Below are positions 23,592 through 32,429 of a DNA stretch of 36,603 nucleotides, piece by piece. The stretch is from a virus. The translations under genes were made by a program, and so were the position numbers. Under the pieces are notes generated by a model that did no database searches, was not told the DNA's origin, and saw nothing but the letters and a program-made list of their open reading frames with translations. The DNA lies in the IMG/VR virus record IMGVR_UViG_3300046737_000089. One strand, 5' to 3'. Numbering within the stretch: position 1 is the stretch's first letter; every line of letters starts with the position of its first letter.

Positions 23592-23656
23592 ATCTTTTCC
23601 CTTATGATAGTTAGTACAACCTAACGAGGATATGATAATAAATAGAGGATCACAAC

Positions 23657-23682
23657 AATTTATAAAAATATTTTTATAAATT
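23657..23682. promoter_or_regulatory. 26-bp perfect palindrome AATTTATAAAAAT|ATTTTTATAAATT in the divergent early control region, next to TTGACA (23686..23691)
   Basis: Read directly; lies between the leftward Cro-like gene and the rightward early operon. Confidence 0.5.
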
Positions 23683-23747
23683 CTCTTGACAACGCCAGTT
23701 AGGTGTGTCAAACTCATTTCGTAATAATAAATATCAGGGAGATATAA

Positions 23748-23945
23748 ATGTCAAAGTCAGACCACATAGAAGATTACGTTGAATATTTAGTTCAGCATAA
23801 TTACGTACGAGAACTTAAAGACCTTTCACGACAAGAGCGCACTAAACTATCATTTTTATTATTATTAGAAAATAATCAATATATAAAATTGATAAGACAA
23901 ATGCACGCTCTAATCAAAAACGAAGTAAAGAAACTTAATAAATAA
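23748..23945 (+). CDS. Hypothetical early protein
   Basis: 65-aa ORF with GGGAG Shine-Dalgarno upstream. Confidence 0.55.
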   Translation: MSKSDHIEDYVEYLVQHNYVRELKDLSRQERTKLSFLLLLENNQYIKLIRQMHALIKNEVKKLNK

Positions 23946-23961
23946 TAATGAGGGTTTGTTT

Positions 23962-24237
23962 ATGAAAAACACACAATACATAGAATACATGACTAATCTG
24001 CGCGCCGCAACTCGCCTTATTTCAGGATTAGTTCCAGAAATACTTGAAGTTATGCAGATGAAAGCGCAATTAGAAAGACATGAAGAAATAGAAATTCTTT
24101 TAATGCCAGACAAAGCATTTCATATTTTAGTAGATAAATACGAAGAAATAGAACCTAAACTTTATAGGTTTAATCCTGACGAAGAATATGGAATTGTACG
24201 CACAATGAACGCTGAAGAAATGCGAGGAGAGGCTTAA
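23962..24237 (+). CDS. Hypothetical early protein (start MKNTQYIEY...)
   Basis: GAGGG Shine-Dalgarno 8 nt before the ATG at 23962; the tracked ORF starts at 23956. Confidence 0.55.
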   Translation: MKNTQYIEYMTNLRAATRLISGLVPEILEVMQMKAQLERHEEIEILLMPDKAFHILVDKYEEIEPKLYRFNPDEEYGIVRTMNAEEMRGEA

Positions 24238-24503
24238 TGAAAGATGAAAAAATACGTAAGTTAGCGAGTAAATGCGCAGACGCTGTACGTGACATAGTAA
24301 TAAACGAAGATGTCTCTATCTACGAAATGGATTCAATTATAGACTTCTTATTTAATTTATTTTTTGCTCAAGCGCTAGCTCATATGCCAGATGAAACTTC
24401 GAAAAAATTTTATATAGATTATCGTGAAGAGAAACTGGGTTGCTTAATTAAACAAACTATTCAAGCTGTAAAAGAATATAAAATATTTGGAGAAAAAAAA
24501 TGA
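24237..24503 (+). CDS. Hypothetical early protein (tandem paralogue of 24500..24805)
   Basis: Shared pattern DAV..I...D.IID.(F/L)F..F....(M/I)P......Y. Confidence 0.55.
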   Translation: MKDEKIRKLASKCADAVRDIVINEDVSIYEMDSIIDFLFNLFFAQALAHMPDETSKKFYIDYREEKLGCLIKQTIQAVKEYKIFGEKK

Positions 24504-24805
24504 ATATCCCAGAAAAAATACAATCACTAATGGCGCAAAGTATTGATGCAGTGGTGGCTATTCTAAAGGATGAGAAATTAAGAGTTCCAGAAACAGATGC
24601 AATCATAGATATGTTTTTTTCATACTTTTTGTCTAATTCTATAGAATGTATTCCAGAGCATACAAGACAAAGATATTTACAACATAGATTAATGCAGCTT
24701 TCACAGTTAATACATAGCTCTCTTGAGGATTTATCAGGCTTTAAAAAAACAGCAGACTGTGAAGATTGTAAGAATGGCACGCATACTAAACCAACACTTC
24801 ATTAA
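24500..24805 (+). CDS. Hypothetical early protein (tandem paralogue of 24237..24503)
   Basis: ATGA overlap and similarity to the previous gene. Confidence 0.55.
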   Translation: MNIPEKIQSLMAQSIDAVVAILKDEKLRVPETDAIIDMFFSYFLSNSIECIPEHTRQRYLQHRLMQLSQLIHSSLEDLSGFKKTADCEDCKNGTHTKPTLH

Positions 24806-24826
24806 CAACATAGGGGAATAATAATA

Positions 24827-25030
24827 ATGAAAACACAGCAGTCAATGATCCTTAAGAATCTTGATGATCTTAAGCAAACTCTAAGAAGTAAAATTGAATC
24901 CAGTTTAATTACAATGGGTGAACATTGTTGTAAAGAGTATGAAAAAGCACTAAAGCGAGAGTGCGACCATATCATGTCTTATATAAATAATTTTATGAAA
25001 GCAACATACGGAATAAATATAGGAGATTAA
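24827..25030 (+). CDS. Hypothetical early protein
   Basis: 67-aa ORF in the track. Confidence 0.5.
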   Translation: MKTQQSMILKNLDDLKQTLRSKIESSLITMGEHCCKEYEKALKRECDHIMSYINNFMKATYGINIGD

Positions 25031-25035
25031 TAATA

Positions 25036-25119
25036 ATGAAAATTGTAACTAATGTTTTTTGGCTCACTGTTCTGTGTGGAACAATGTATTATTCATTTTG
25101 GCTAATAGGGGGAATGTGA
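25036..25119 (+). CDS. 27-aa hydrophobic peptide (MKIVTNVFWLTVLCGTMYYSFWLIGGM)
   Basis: My own translation; GGAG Shine-Dalgarno upstream, one TM-like segment. Confidence 0.35.
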   Translation: MKIVTNVFWLTVLCGTMYYSFWLIGGM

Positions 25120-25120
25120 T

Positions 25121-25255
25121 ATGTACGGAGAATTTGATTGTTTTGATGATAGTTTCGATCAATTTGAACATGATGGTTCAGTCATGTTTGATATAGAGTC
25201 CTATCAAGATGAAGATACTTTTGAGTTTAATCATGAAGAAGAAATACCTTTTTAA
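25121..25255 (+). CDS. 44-aa strongly acidic protein ending EEEIPF (MYGEFDCFDDSFDQFEHDGSVMFDIESYQDEDTFEFNHEEEIPF)
   Basis: My own translation; the start follows the previous stop by 1 nt. The C-terminus resembles the SSB acidic tip (D-D-D-I-P-F). Confidence 0.45.
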   Translation: MYGEFDCFDDSFDQFEHDGSVMFDIESYQDEDTFEFNHEEEIPF

Positions 25256-25269
25256 CCCGGAGAAATAAA

Positions 25270-25620
25270 ATGTTAACTAAAGAAGAAGCGGATAGATTAT
25301 TGGATGCATGTAGTGTGATTGTGGAAAAAAGTACGCCATGTAATTGTATTATAAGTTTTAACAAACTACAAAGAACGATTTGGGAGCTTACAGAAAAACC
25401 TAAACGAAAGCTAGAAATCGGAGAGATTTATTTAAATGATGCCGGGGAGATTTGCAAAATAGAAGCATTTTATGTAGATAACGAACTGAATACCCTAGCA
25501 AGAATCCAAGGTGCCAAATCTGGAGGGTATCTTGTTAGCGGAAAAGAATCTTTTCGATATGCCCACCGTTTAATTTTAGACAAACGCTACAAACTTGTAG
25601 AAATAACTGACGGAGAATAA
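25270..25620 (+). CDS. Hypothetical protein, MLT(R/K)EEAD family (paralogue of 21461..21814)
   Basis: 116-aa ORF; similarity as described for 21461..21814. Confidence 0.55.
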   Translation: MLTKEEADRLLDACSVIVEKSTPCNCIISFNKLQRTIWELTEKPKRKLEIGEIYLNDAGEICKIEAFYVDNELNTLARIQGAKSGGYLVSGKESFRYAHRLILDKRYKLVEITDGE

Positions 25621-25622
25621 CA

Positions 25623-26330
25623 ATGAATGATTTAGTACAAATTAAAGAAGTTCAAGAATATGAATTAATGAAAAGACAAGCGGCTGCTTTTTATCAAAGC
25701 GGTATGTTTTCAGATTTAAAATCTCACGCACAAGCATTAGTTAAAGTGATGGTCGGTAAAGAATTAGGCGTACCACCTTTTGCTAGTATTAGCGGCATTC
25801 ATATGGTCATGGGAAAACCTGTACCAGGCGCAAATTTAATGGCAACTTTAATCGCTCAACATCCAACTTATACTTACCGCGTTCGGGAGTTGACTAATGA
25901 AGTTTGTCATATTGAGTTTTATGACTCAAAAAATAAGAAGATTAGCAAAGAGTCTTCTTTAGGAGTTGCTTCTTTTACAATTAAAGAAGCAGAAACAGCC
26001 GGGCTTTTAGCAAAAAAAGATAGCATCTGGCTGAAATACCCTAAAGATATGTTGTTTGCTCGAGCACTTACGCGCGGGGCTAGACATTTTACTCCTGGGA
26101 TTTTTGGCGGTGTAGCGGTCTATACCGCTGAAGAACTAGGCGTAGAGATTGATGAAGATGATCGTATAGTGGCAACTATAATCGAAGAGGTTAAAGAAAT
26201 CCATGAAGAGCCAACGCTTACAATAGAAGAGCTTTCTTCTTCAGGACATTCTCTATTAGAGCCTGGTTCAGATGAAGCAATTATTGAAGAAATTAAAAAA
26301 ACAAATGTATTAAGTCAGGGGTTCAGATAA
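25623..26330 (+). CDS. recT: RecT-like single-strand annealing protein
   Basis: GVPPFASISGIHMVMGKP..., ...DSIWLKYPKDMLFARALTRGARHFTPGIFGG matches the RecT-family C-terminal motif (W..P..ML..+A...+...P); acidic tail. Confidence 0.65.
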   Translation: MNDLVQIKEVQEYELMKRQAAAFYQSGMFSDLKSHAQALVKVMVGKELGVPPFASISGIHMVMGKPVPGANLMATLIAQHPTYTYRVRELTNEVCHIEFYDSKNKKISKESSLGVASFTIKEAETAGLLAKKDSIWLKYPKDMLFARALTRGARHFTPGIFGGVAVYTAEELGVEIDEDDRIVATIIEEVKEIHEEPTLTIEELSSSGHSLLEPGSDEAIIEEIKKTNVLSQGFR

Positions 26331-26521
26331 TGAAAGTAACAATTAAAGATTTAAATGGCAATACTATGCATGGTGTAATTCATCAAAATGAGTTATTTGA
26401 TTTGTTAGAAAGCTTTAAAGATTCAGATACAAACCTTTTAATTACGCAACGACTAATGGTAGATGATACTATCGAAGTCGTACATCCTATTAATGGCATC
26501 ACAAATTACGAGGAAAAATAA
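26330..26521 (+). CDS. Hypothetical protein
   Basis: 63-aa ORF with ATGA overlap with the recT-like gene. Confidence 0.5.
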   Translation: MKVTIKDLNGNTMHGVIHQNELFDLLESFKDSDTNLLITQRLMVDDTIEVVHPINGITNYEEK

Positions 26522-26522
26522 C

Positions 26523-26963
26523 ATGATTGATTTTAATTTAAAAGAATATGTTCGGAGCGCACTACCGGATGGGCGCTATACATTTAGAATTAAAAACGCT
26601 GAACTTAAATATTCTAAAAGTGGCGACCAAATGGCTAATATTCAGTTAGAAGTAGTTAGCGAATTTAGGCGAGGTCAAACTATTTTTAAAAATCTTAATA
26701 TCTATAATCCTAGTGAAGCTGCTCAACGAATGGCAAGAGAAGAACTTGCAGACATTTGTACGTATGTCGGGATAGATAATTTAAAAGATTTAAAAGAACT
26801 ACATAATAAAATTGTCGACGCTGATGTTATTGCAAAAGAATATATGGGTAAACCAAGCAATGAGGTTAAACGGTTCTATGAAACTGTCGGAATAAAAACA
26901 GATTTTCAAGCTCCTGAACAACCGATAGTTGAGGACAAGTTCAATGATGAAGTTCCGTTCTAA
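26523..26963 (+). CDS. Single-stranded DNA-binding protein (DUF669-like) with acidic C-terminal tip FNDEVPF (start MIDFNLKEY...)
   Basis: Position next to the annealase, OB-like layout (GRYTFRIKNAELKYSKSGDQMANIQLEV) and an SSB-type tail. The tracked ORF start at 26463 overlaps the previous gene. Confidence 0.6.
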   Translation: MIDFNLKEYVRSALPDGRYTFRIKNAELKYSKSGDQMANIQLEVVSEFRRGQTIFKNLNIYNPSEAAQRMAREELADICTYVGIDNLKDLKELHNKIVDADVIAKEYMGKPSNEVKRFYETVGIKTDFQAPEQPIVEDKFNDEVPF

Positions 26964-26970
26964 TTGACTC

Positions 26971-27006
26971 AATCGACTCACTTACCAAAGTGAGTCGATT
27001 TAATTT
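26971..27006 (+). terminator. Hairpin aatcgactcac-ttaccaaa-gtgagtcgatt followed by T/A-rich tract; possible intrinsic terminator or attenuator
   Basis: 11-bp perfect stem directly after the SSB stop; the U-tract is weak (ttaattt). Confidence 0.4.
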
Positions 27007-27025
27007 AATAATAATGAGGTGATTT

Positions 27026-27463
27026 ATGACTGTTTCTATGGATACAACAACTGGTGAAATATATACGATTGATGAATTAATTCATATTATCGAGCATTCC
27101 GAAGAGCAAATAAACAATTATAAAATAATGGCGAATTTTGCAAAAACAAAACTAATGCAACTCGCTGAATTTAATAATGGTGTGAAAACCGCTAGAATTC
27201 AAGGCAAAAACTACAGGTGCAAAGTAGAATTGCCAAGTAAGATAACTTGGGATCAAAAAAAGCTTTCTCGTATGTATAGCATTTATCCTCACGGTACAAT
27301 TATTGATGGCGTAATTAAAATAGCGTCATATAAAGTTGATATGCGAGAATATAAAAAGATTATTAACACAACAGGCGATGAAGAATTTAATAATTTCAAA
27401 AATGAATTATTATCGGCAAATCTAGGTATAACCGGAGCGCCGAAATTCACCATCGTAAAATAA
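27026..27463 (+). CDS. Hypothetical protein
   Basis: 145-aa ORF with GAGG Shine-Dalgarno upstream. Confidence 0.55.
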   Translation: MTVSMDTTTGEIYTIDELIHIIEHSEEQINNYKIMANFAKTKLMQLAEFNNGVKTARIQGKNYRCKVELPSKITWDQKKLSRMYSIYPHGTIIDGVIKIASYKVDMREYKKIINTTGDEEFNNFKNELLSANLGITGAPKFTIVK

Positions 27464-27473
27464 GAGATAAAAA

Positions 27474-27677
27474 ATGTTACTTAAAATAAATGATTCTGAG
27501 TTTACTACTGATTGCGGTGCTCCGTGCCCTGTATGGATAAATATTAATATGATGGAAGCCGTCATTATATCAAGAAAAAATCCAAATAAAATAAAAGTTC
27601 TTTTACCTTCGGGGAAGGAATTTACTGCGGACAGCCATTATTTAGAAAAAATTGTGGAGGCTAAGAATGGTGGTTGA
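27474..27677 (+). CDS. Hypothetical protein
   Basis: 67-aa ORF in the track. Confidence 0.5.
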   Translation: MLLKINDSEFTTDCGAPCPVWININMMEAVIISRKNPNKIKVLLPSGKEFTADSHYLEKIVEAKNGG

Positions 27678-27834
27678 GCCTATTTGTAAGTTCTGCGGTG
27701 AAACTTGTATGCGAGTGGTATGGTTTATTCCACAAACAAAAGAATATCTTTACTCTTGTGAAGAGTGCGCTCGTGAAAATATAATACCAATGGACACAAC
27801 ACAGAAAAACCAGGCAGAGGGGTGCCTGGCTTAA
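27667..27834 (+). CDS. Zinc-ribbon protein (MVVEPICKFCGE...CEEC), start moved to the GGAGG-preceded ATG
   Basis: GGAGGctaagaATG; CxxC...CxxC. Confidence 0.5.
   Translation: MVVEPICKFCGETCMRVVWFIPQTKEYLYSCEECARENIIPMDTTQKNQAEGCLA
27803..27829 (-). terminator. Intrinsic terminator for the minus-strand late operon (stem ccaggca/tgcctgg, loop 6 nt, then TTTTT on the minus strand)
   Basis: Hairpin 27810..27829; the minus strand continues tttttctgtg (27809..27800). Sits at the convergence of the two transcription arms. Confidence 0.5.
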
Positions 27835-27849
27835 CTTAAACGTTATCGA

Positions 27850-28947
27850 TTATGCATTATTATAAGATAATGAAATGATACCGGTTCCTGCTGTGCCTGC
27901 GTTAGTAAATTGATTTTGCGTAGCGCTAGCAAAAATCGTTATCACCCCAGCCGTACTTATTACGAACGAGCCAGTAGCAAATGCAGTATTGTCCGTTACC
28001 AAACAGATGCCATGAGTATCTACTAAAGGACGGAAGTCAGCGGGTAACACAGTAGCCGTCGTAATATTGGCAGTATTAGTTGCTGCGGCTGCTGGAATAC
28101 CAGTAATAGTAATGAATGTCACTTTATCGGTAGAGTTCAACCCTTCAAACCGCTGCACATGAACGCGCCCTGGCTGAGCAGCAGTAAATGGTCCAGTCCA
28201 GCTGACAGGTATGTCAGCATTTTCATATTGCGTAATGAAGCCACCACCTACAGGCCAGAAAAGACCAGACGGTATGCGCACAGGCGCGGCGGCAATATCG
28301 CCTAGCTGAACATAAGATGTTTGGGTCGGAATAGATCCTATACGTACAGGTACGGGCCCACCACCTCCAGCATCAATACCGTCAATATACGATATTAGAG
28401 CACCCTGACCGGAGCCAGTAACGCCAATCTGAGTAAATCCAGGCACATCAGCGCCTATAAATAATCTATCATTAACGTTCTTTCTATTAATAACATCAGT
28501 TATAACACTATTATTGAATAATTTATCACCCGTGAATTGTTGAGCATCAATGCTCACAATTCCTGGATTAGTCGCATCAGCAAATTCTAAAGTTGCTACG
28601 CCACCACTAATAATCAAGCCGTTAGCGTCCGTTGCTGCTACCGGTGCGGCAACAGTAATACTGGAGCTTGAGCCTAAATATAAATCGGTACCAGTAGTAA
28701 ATGGGTCTAAAGCAGTAATTCTCACCATAGAGGTACCGTCAGATGCAACAATCGATAATAAATCGTTGATGAAAACTTTATCAGTTGCGCCATCAATATT
28801 ATTTGGAAAATACGATGCACCCCCAATCGTAGCTAATGTATCGGTCAAGCTTTTATAGGTATGGATAACCGAAGTTACACCAGCACCTTGCGCGTTTGCT
28901 GCTGCAACGCCCCTATTAAATTGAAAACCTCGTAAATCAAATGCCAT
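27850..28947 (-). CDS. Tail fibre / receptor-binding protein, paralogue 2
   Basis: 365 aa. N-terminal about 150 aa and the C-terminal domain align with 28978..30408, e.g. LEFADATNPGIVSIDAQQFTGDKLF versus MEVADATHSGIVTNLPQDFGGPKTF. Confidence 0.65.
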   Translation of the reverse strand: MAFDLRGFQFNRGVAAANAQGAGVTSVIHTYKSLTDTLATIGGASYFPNNIDGATDKVFINDLLSIVASDGTSMVRITALDPFTTGTDLYLGSSSSITVAAPVAATDANGLIISGGVATLEFADATNPGIVSIDAQQFTGDKLFNNSVITDVINRKNVNDRLFIGADVPGFTQIGVTGSGQGALISYIDGIDAGGGGPVPVRIGSIPTQTSYVQLGDIAAAPVRIPSGLFWPVGGGFITQYENADIPVSWTGPFTAAQPGRVHVQRFEGLNSTDKVTFITITGIPAAAATNTANITTATVLPADFRPLVDTHGICLVTDNTAFATGSFVISTAGVITIFASATQNQFTNAGTAGTGIISLSYNNA

Positions 28948-28977
28948 GATTAAGTACCTCGTATGTAAAAAATATGT

Positions 28978-30408
28978 TTATTCCAAATCGTAACTAAATG
29001 CGCACCGGTCAAATCCAATCGGAACAGCAGCAGTAAATGCAGTTGTGCCATCAGAATCATTATGAATAAATACATTTCCAGAACTAGACACTTCAATCAT
29101 GCCAGTTTTAGAAATTGCATTGCTAGATACACGCCAATATCCGAACGTATCAAATGATGGTCTCAGATGAGCTGGTAACGCTGTATTTGAAGAGAATGCT
29201 TCCACAGGAGCAACTTGCGCCGCTGCGCTTCCAACATCAATAAGTTTAATTGTTACTGCTTTTCCTACGCGTACAACAGTAAAATTAAGCGCCGCTGTCG
29301 ATTCAAGATTATTAGTAAAAGTAGATGTGTATGTGAATTCTTCGTAATGATTCAATAATGCTGGTGTTCCACCAGTAGTTAATAATTTAATGCCAGTATT
29401 AATAGACGTTCCGTTAGCGGCTGTAGTTTCAACAATTGCATCTGTAGCAAGCGTTTTAGTCGCAGGCAATGTCAAGCCAGCAGCAGCTATTGAAGCGATA
29501 TCAATATTTCCTATAGCAAATGCGGCTCTATTTGCTACTTGGTCATAATATAAAGAATCTTGTGCATCAAAGTTAAAAATTACATTATTGGCTGTAATAA
29601 TGCCGTTGTCCCAAAATACATTTGGATCCGCTAAAGTAATTGTATTTGCTTTAACAGTAACTCCATTTACATTTATACCATTTGATGGGGTGCGCTCTTG
29701 AATGCTATCACCTACTAGAGTTTGTGCGATTGTAACTGTTTGATTAATGTTATCTAAAACAATTAGTGCATTAAGACCCGCGAAAACGGCAAGCTCTGGA
29801 TTAGCACTAAAAAAACCTGTTTCTTTAAATATCATTGCGAAAATTTGACCAGGAAGATTTGTACTTGCTATAGCGAATCCAGGTGTAGCATTTGGATCGC
29901 TAGTTATAAGTTCTACTCCGAAATCGCCTATTGCTTTTTGTACAATAATTCCATTTGGTGGTTCATCGACCGTAAGATTATCATGGAAAGTTTTTGGGCC
30001 CCCAAAATCTTGAGGCAAGTTAGTGACTATTCCTGAATGGGTCGCGTCCGCAACTTCCATTTGTAATACATTGCCATTAATTTTTGCTGCATTCCCATCT
30101 GTAGCTACGGTAGTTGGACCAACACTTAATCCAGAAGCGCCCGAAAATAAATCAACACCCACTGTAAATGGAGATAATGAAAGTATTTGAGAAACAACAA
30201 CGCCATCAGAGCCAGTAATAAATATTAAGTCATTAACAAGGACAACCTCTTGAGTTACGCCTTGTCCTAAGAAAGGAGGAAACCCTGCTTTAATATCACC
30301 AATCGTAGCCGTTAAATCTGAATATCGATGTAAGGCAGTCGTGAATCTTCCTTGCGTATGAGAAGTAGAAAATCCTCTGTCTAATTGTAAATTTTGCTGA
30401 CTAAACAT
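28978..30408 (-). CDS. Tail fibre / receptor-binding protein, paralogue 1 (start MFSQQNLQLDRGF...)
   Basis: Paralogous to 27850..28947. The ATG at 30408 is preceded by GGAG and follows the upstream stop; the tracked GTG start is at 30420. Confidence 0.65.
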   Translation of the reverse strand: MFSQQNLQLDRGFSTSHTQGRFTTALHRYSDLTATIGDIKAGFPPFLGQGVTQEVVLVNDLIFITGSDGVVVSQILSLSPFTVGVDLFSGASGLSVGPTTVATDGNAAKINGNVLQMEVADATHSGIVTNLPQDFGGPKTFHDNLTVDEPPNGIIVQKAIGDFGVELITSDPNATPGFAIASTNLPGQIFAMIFKETGFFSANPELAVFAGLNALIVLDNINQTVTIAQTLVGDSIQERTPSNGINVNGVTVKANTITLADPNVFWDNGIITANNVIFNFDAQDSLYYDQVANRAAFAIGNIDIASIAAAGLTLPATKTLATDAIVETTAANGTSINTGIKLLTTGGTPALLNHYEEFTYTSTFTNNLESTAALNFTVVRVGKAVTIKLIDVGSAAAQVAPVEAFSSNTALPAHLRPSFDTFGYWRVSSNAISKTGMIEVSSSGNVFIHNDSDGTTAFTAAVPIGFDRCAFSYDLE

Positions 30409-30409
30409 T

Positions 30410-30754
30410 TTATTCTCCACTCGTCCAAGCTAAATTCGTAGCAGTTGTATTTCCAAGCGCACTTACACTTAATACCCGGCGAATTAATCCTCTTATTTCT
30501 TGCCCAGCAATGACGGCTGGAATAAAAGAAATAACCGGTAAATTATTAAGGGTATAAGCCATCTCTAATGCGAGACTTCCTGCGCCACCAACTAAAATTG
30601 AATTAGCGGTCACGCGTCCCACAGATGTCCCATTTTGAGTAATATCAAAAAATGCATCTAATACGACAGGCAATGCCACAGCAAAATGGCGTCCCATTTG
30701 CTCCATTCTTCCAGCTTCATTTGCTAGCTTTTCTCTTAAATCAACGGTTGCCAT
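30410..30754 (-). CDS. Hypothetical protein with a hydrophobic central region (virion or membrane protein)
   Basis: 114-aa ORF between the fibre genes. Confidence 0.5.
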   Translation of the reverse strand: MATVDLREKLANEAGRMEQMGRHFAVALPVVLDAFFDITQNGTSVGRVTANSILVGGAGSLALEMAYTLNNLPVISFIPAVIAGQEIRGLIRRVLSVSALGNTTATNLAWTSGE

Positions 30755-30798
30755 ATTTTACCTTTTTAATAAAAGTTTAAATCATTATATCATCTTTA

Positions 30799-32418
30799 CT
30801 ATAATTTAACATAGAGCCAAAAATAAGCTGTTGGCTGTATATTATTGTGCGCAAGTCCACCGCCCGTAGTGCCGGAAAACGCTAATCCATCAACAGGATG
30901 AATGAGTATTGCTCCTGATGAAGCAAGGAAATTAATAGGGTTAGGTATTGTATGATCATGCGCAGGCATTTCAGGAATTGTTAAGACATGTTCATTTTCC
31001 CCTGCGAATGTCCCAAATGGGGTCGCTGTCCCAGTCCCAGCACTTGCCAATACACGATTAATTATGCTGACTGGTATAGTCATTTGTTTGTTAGCAAAAA
31101 AATCAGCAGTCGGTGACACGCCGCGACCGCCATTAACTGCACATTCTGTTTGATCAAACAACGTCCACCATAAGATATAAAGATTTACGAATCTTTCGCC
31201 AAATGTGGTTGCGCCACTTGCTGATTGATATCCTATCGTTTGAAGAACATTATAAAGTAGCAGCCATCCTCTGAATTGTTCAGGCAAACCTGGATCTCCA
31301 TTTAAACTAAACCGGAGCGCGCCTGTTTCAAAAATAATATTGCTATAACTTAATAAATCGATAAGTACTTTATATTGGTCTTGATTATAAGTTTGATAAA
31401 TATAAGGCGCAGCGCCAAAAGTACCGCGTTGTACTTGTAAATTTGTTATATCGAAACTGCCCAATGTATTTAATGGAAAGCTCCATAAAACATTGATGCT
31501 ATCATCTCGATTCGGGCCTTTACTTTTTCCTACTACAGAAGGAACAACAACAGTAAAAGATTGTCTTGCCCATGCGCCCACTGAAAAATTAAAATTATGA
31601 GTTACTGCACTATCAGCTGAACCACCCGTCCCAAAAAATTGCAATATTTCAAAAACACCAACTCCGGCTGCGTCTGAATGAGTATCAAAAGAAATGGTAA
31701 GCGTTTCTCCTGAAAATGTTTCTACATTTGGGATAGTTTGAGATAAAAAAGCATCTGTCTGAGGAGCGCCGGCAACGGACAATTGATATTGGAAAAAGCG
31801 CGTTGCATTTTCACTAGGAGAATTTGGAAACCCTTCGCCAATTCCTACAACATCCACAAACGCTATAGTACTCGTTTCACCAGCACCCCCTGATTTAACA
31901 AAGTTCCATCCAGATTTAAAATTACTGCCTGTTGGAGTAGGCGTAAAATGTCCATCAATATCTTGGAAAAAACCAGCCGCTGGCGCAAGTCGTGTCATCC
32001 CCGCTGGAATTGGGCTTATAACAGATTCACCCGATGTTAGTGCATCAATAAATATAAATGCGCCGTTCACAATGTGATTTTCAATATCAACATTGGTATT
32101 GATAGGAGTAACGCCGCCTGTTCCTGGTGGAAAATTATCTATTGTACAAATTATATTTCCTGCTGCATCTTTAATTACAACGTAATATAAATCGACACCA
32201 TTATTTTCAAAATACATGGGAACGGGGCTTCCTCCTGTTCCGTCTAAAATAATAGGGTCAAGATAAGGAAAATTGCCTGCTGCATCAGCAAATATAAATT
32301 TTGGTGTAGAGTGGTCTAAGCTGCTAAACGTTGTTATTGAACCACCGGCAGCAGGACGACCCTGTGAATCTAAGAAATACCATTTCGGGCTAGGAGCTAT
32401 ATTAAATGTTGACGGCAT
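30799..32418 (-). CDS. Tail fibre with a C-terminal phage tail-collar domain (start MPSTFNIAPSPKWYFLD...)
   Basis: N-terminus PKWYFLDSQGRPAAGGSITTF is typical of podovirus fibres. C-terminus NEHVLTIPEMPAHDHTIP...GGGLAHNNIQPTAYFWLYVKL is the collar motif. The ATG at 32418 has an AAGG Shine-Dalgarno and avoids overlap with the upstream gene. Confidence 0.75.
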   Translation of the reverse strand: MPSTFNIAPSPKWYFLDSQGRPAAGGSITTFSSLDHSTPKFIFADAAGNFPYLDPIILDGTGGSPVPMYFENNGVDLYYVVIKDAAGNIICTIDNFPPGTGGVTPINTNVDIENHIVNGAFIFIDALTSGESVISPIPAGMTRLAPAAGFFQDIDGHFTPTPTGSNFKSGWNFVKSGGAGETSTIAFVDVVGIGEGFPNSPSENATRFFQYQLSVAGAPQTDAFLSQTIPNVETFSGETLTISFDTHSDAAGVGVFEILQFFGTGGSADSAVTHNFNFSVGAWARQSFTVVVPSVVGKSKGPNRDDSINVLWSFPLNTLGSFDITNLQVQRGTFGAAPYIYQTYNQDQYKVLIDLLSYSNIIFETGALRFSLNGDPGLPEQFRGWLLLYNVLQTIGYQSASGATTFGERFVNLYILWWTLFDQTECAVNGGRGVSPTADFFANKQMTIPVSIINRVLASAGTGTATPFGTFAGENEHVLTIPEMPAHDHTIPNPINFLASSGAILIHPVDGLAFSGTTGGGLAHNNIQPTAYFWLYVKL

Positions 32419-32429
32419 AATTTTACCTT

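Noticed and set aside
23592-23717. N-terminal extension of the Cro-like ORF (track start 23717)
   Set aside because: It would read through the palindrome and promoter region. An internal ATG at 23591 has a good Shine-Dalgarno and yields a typical 78-aa HTH protein.
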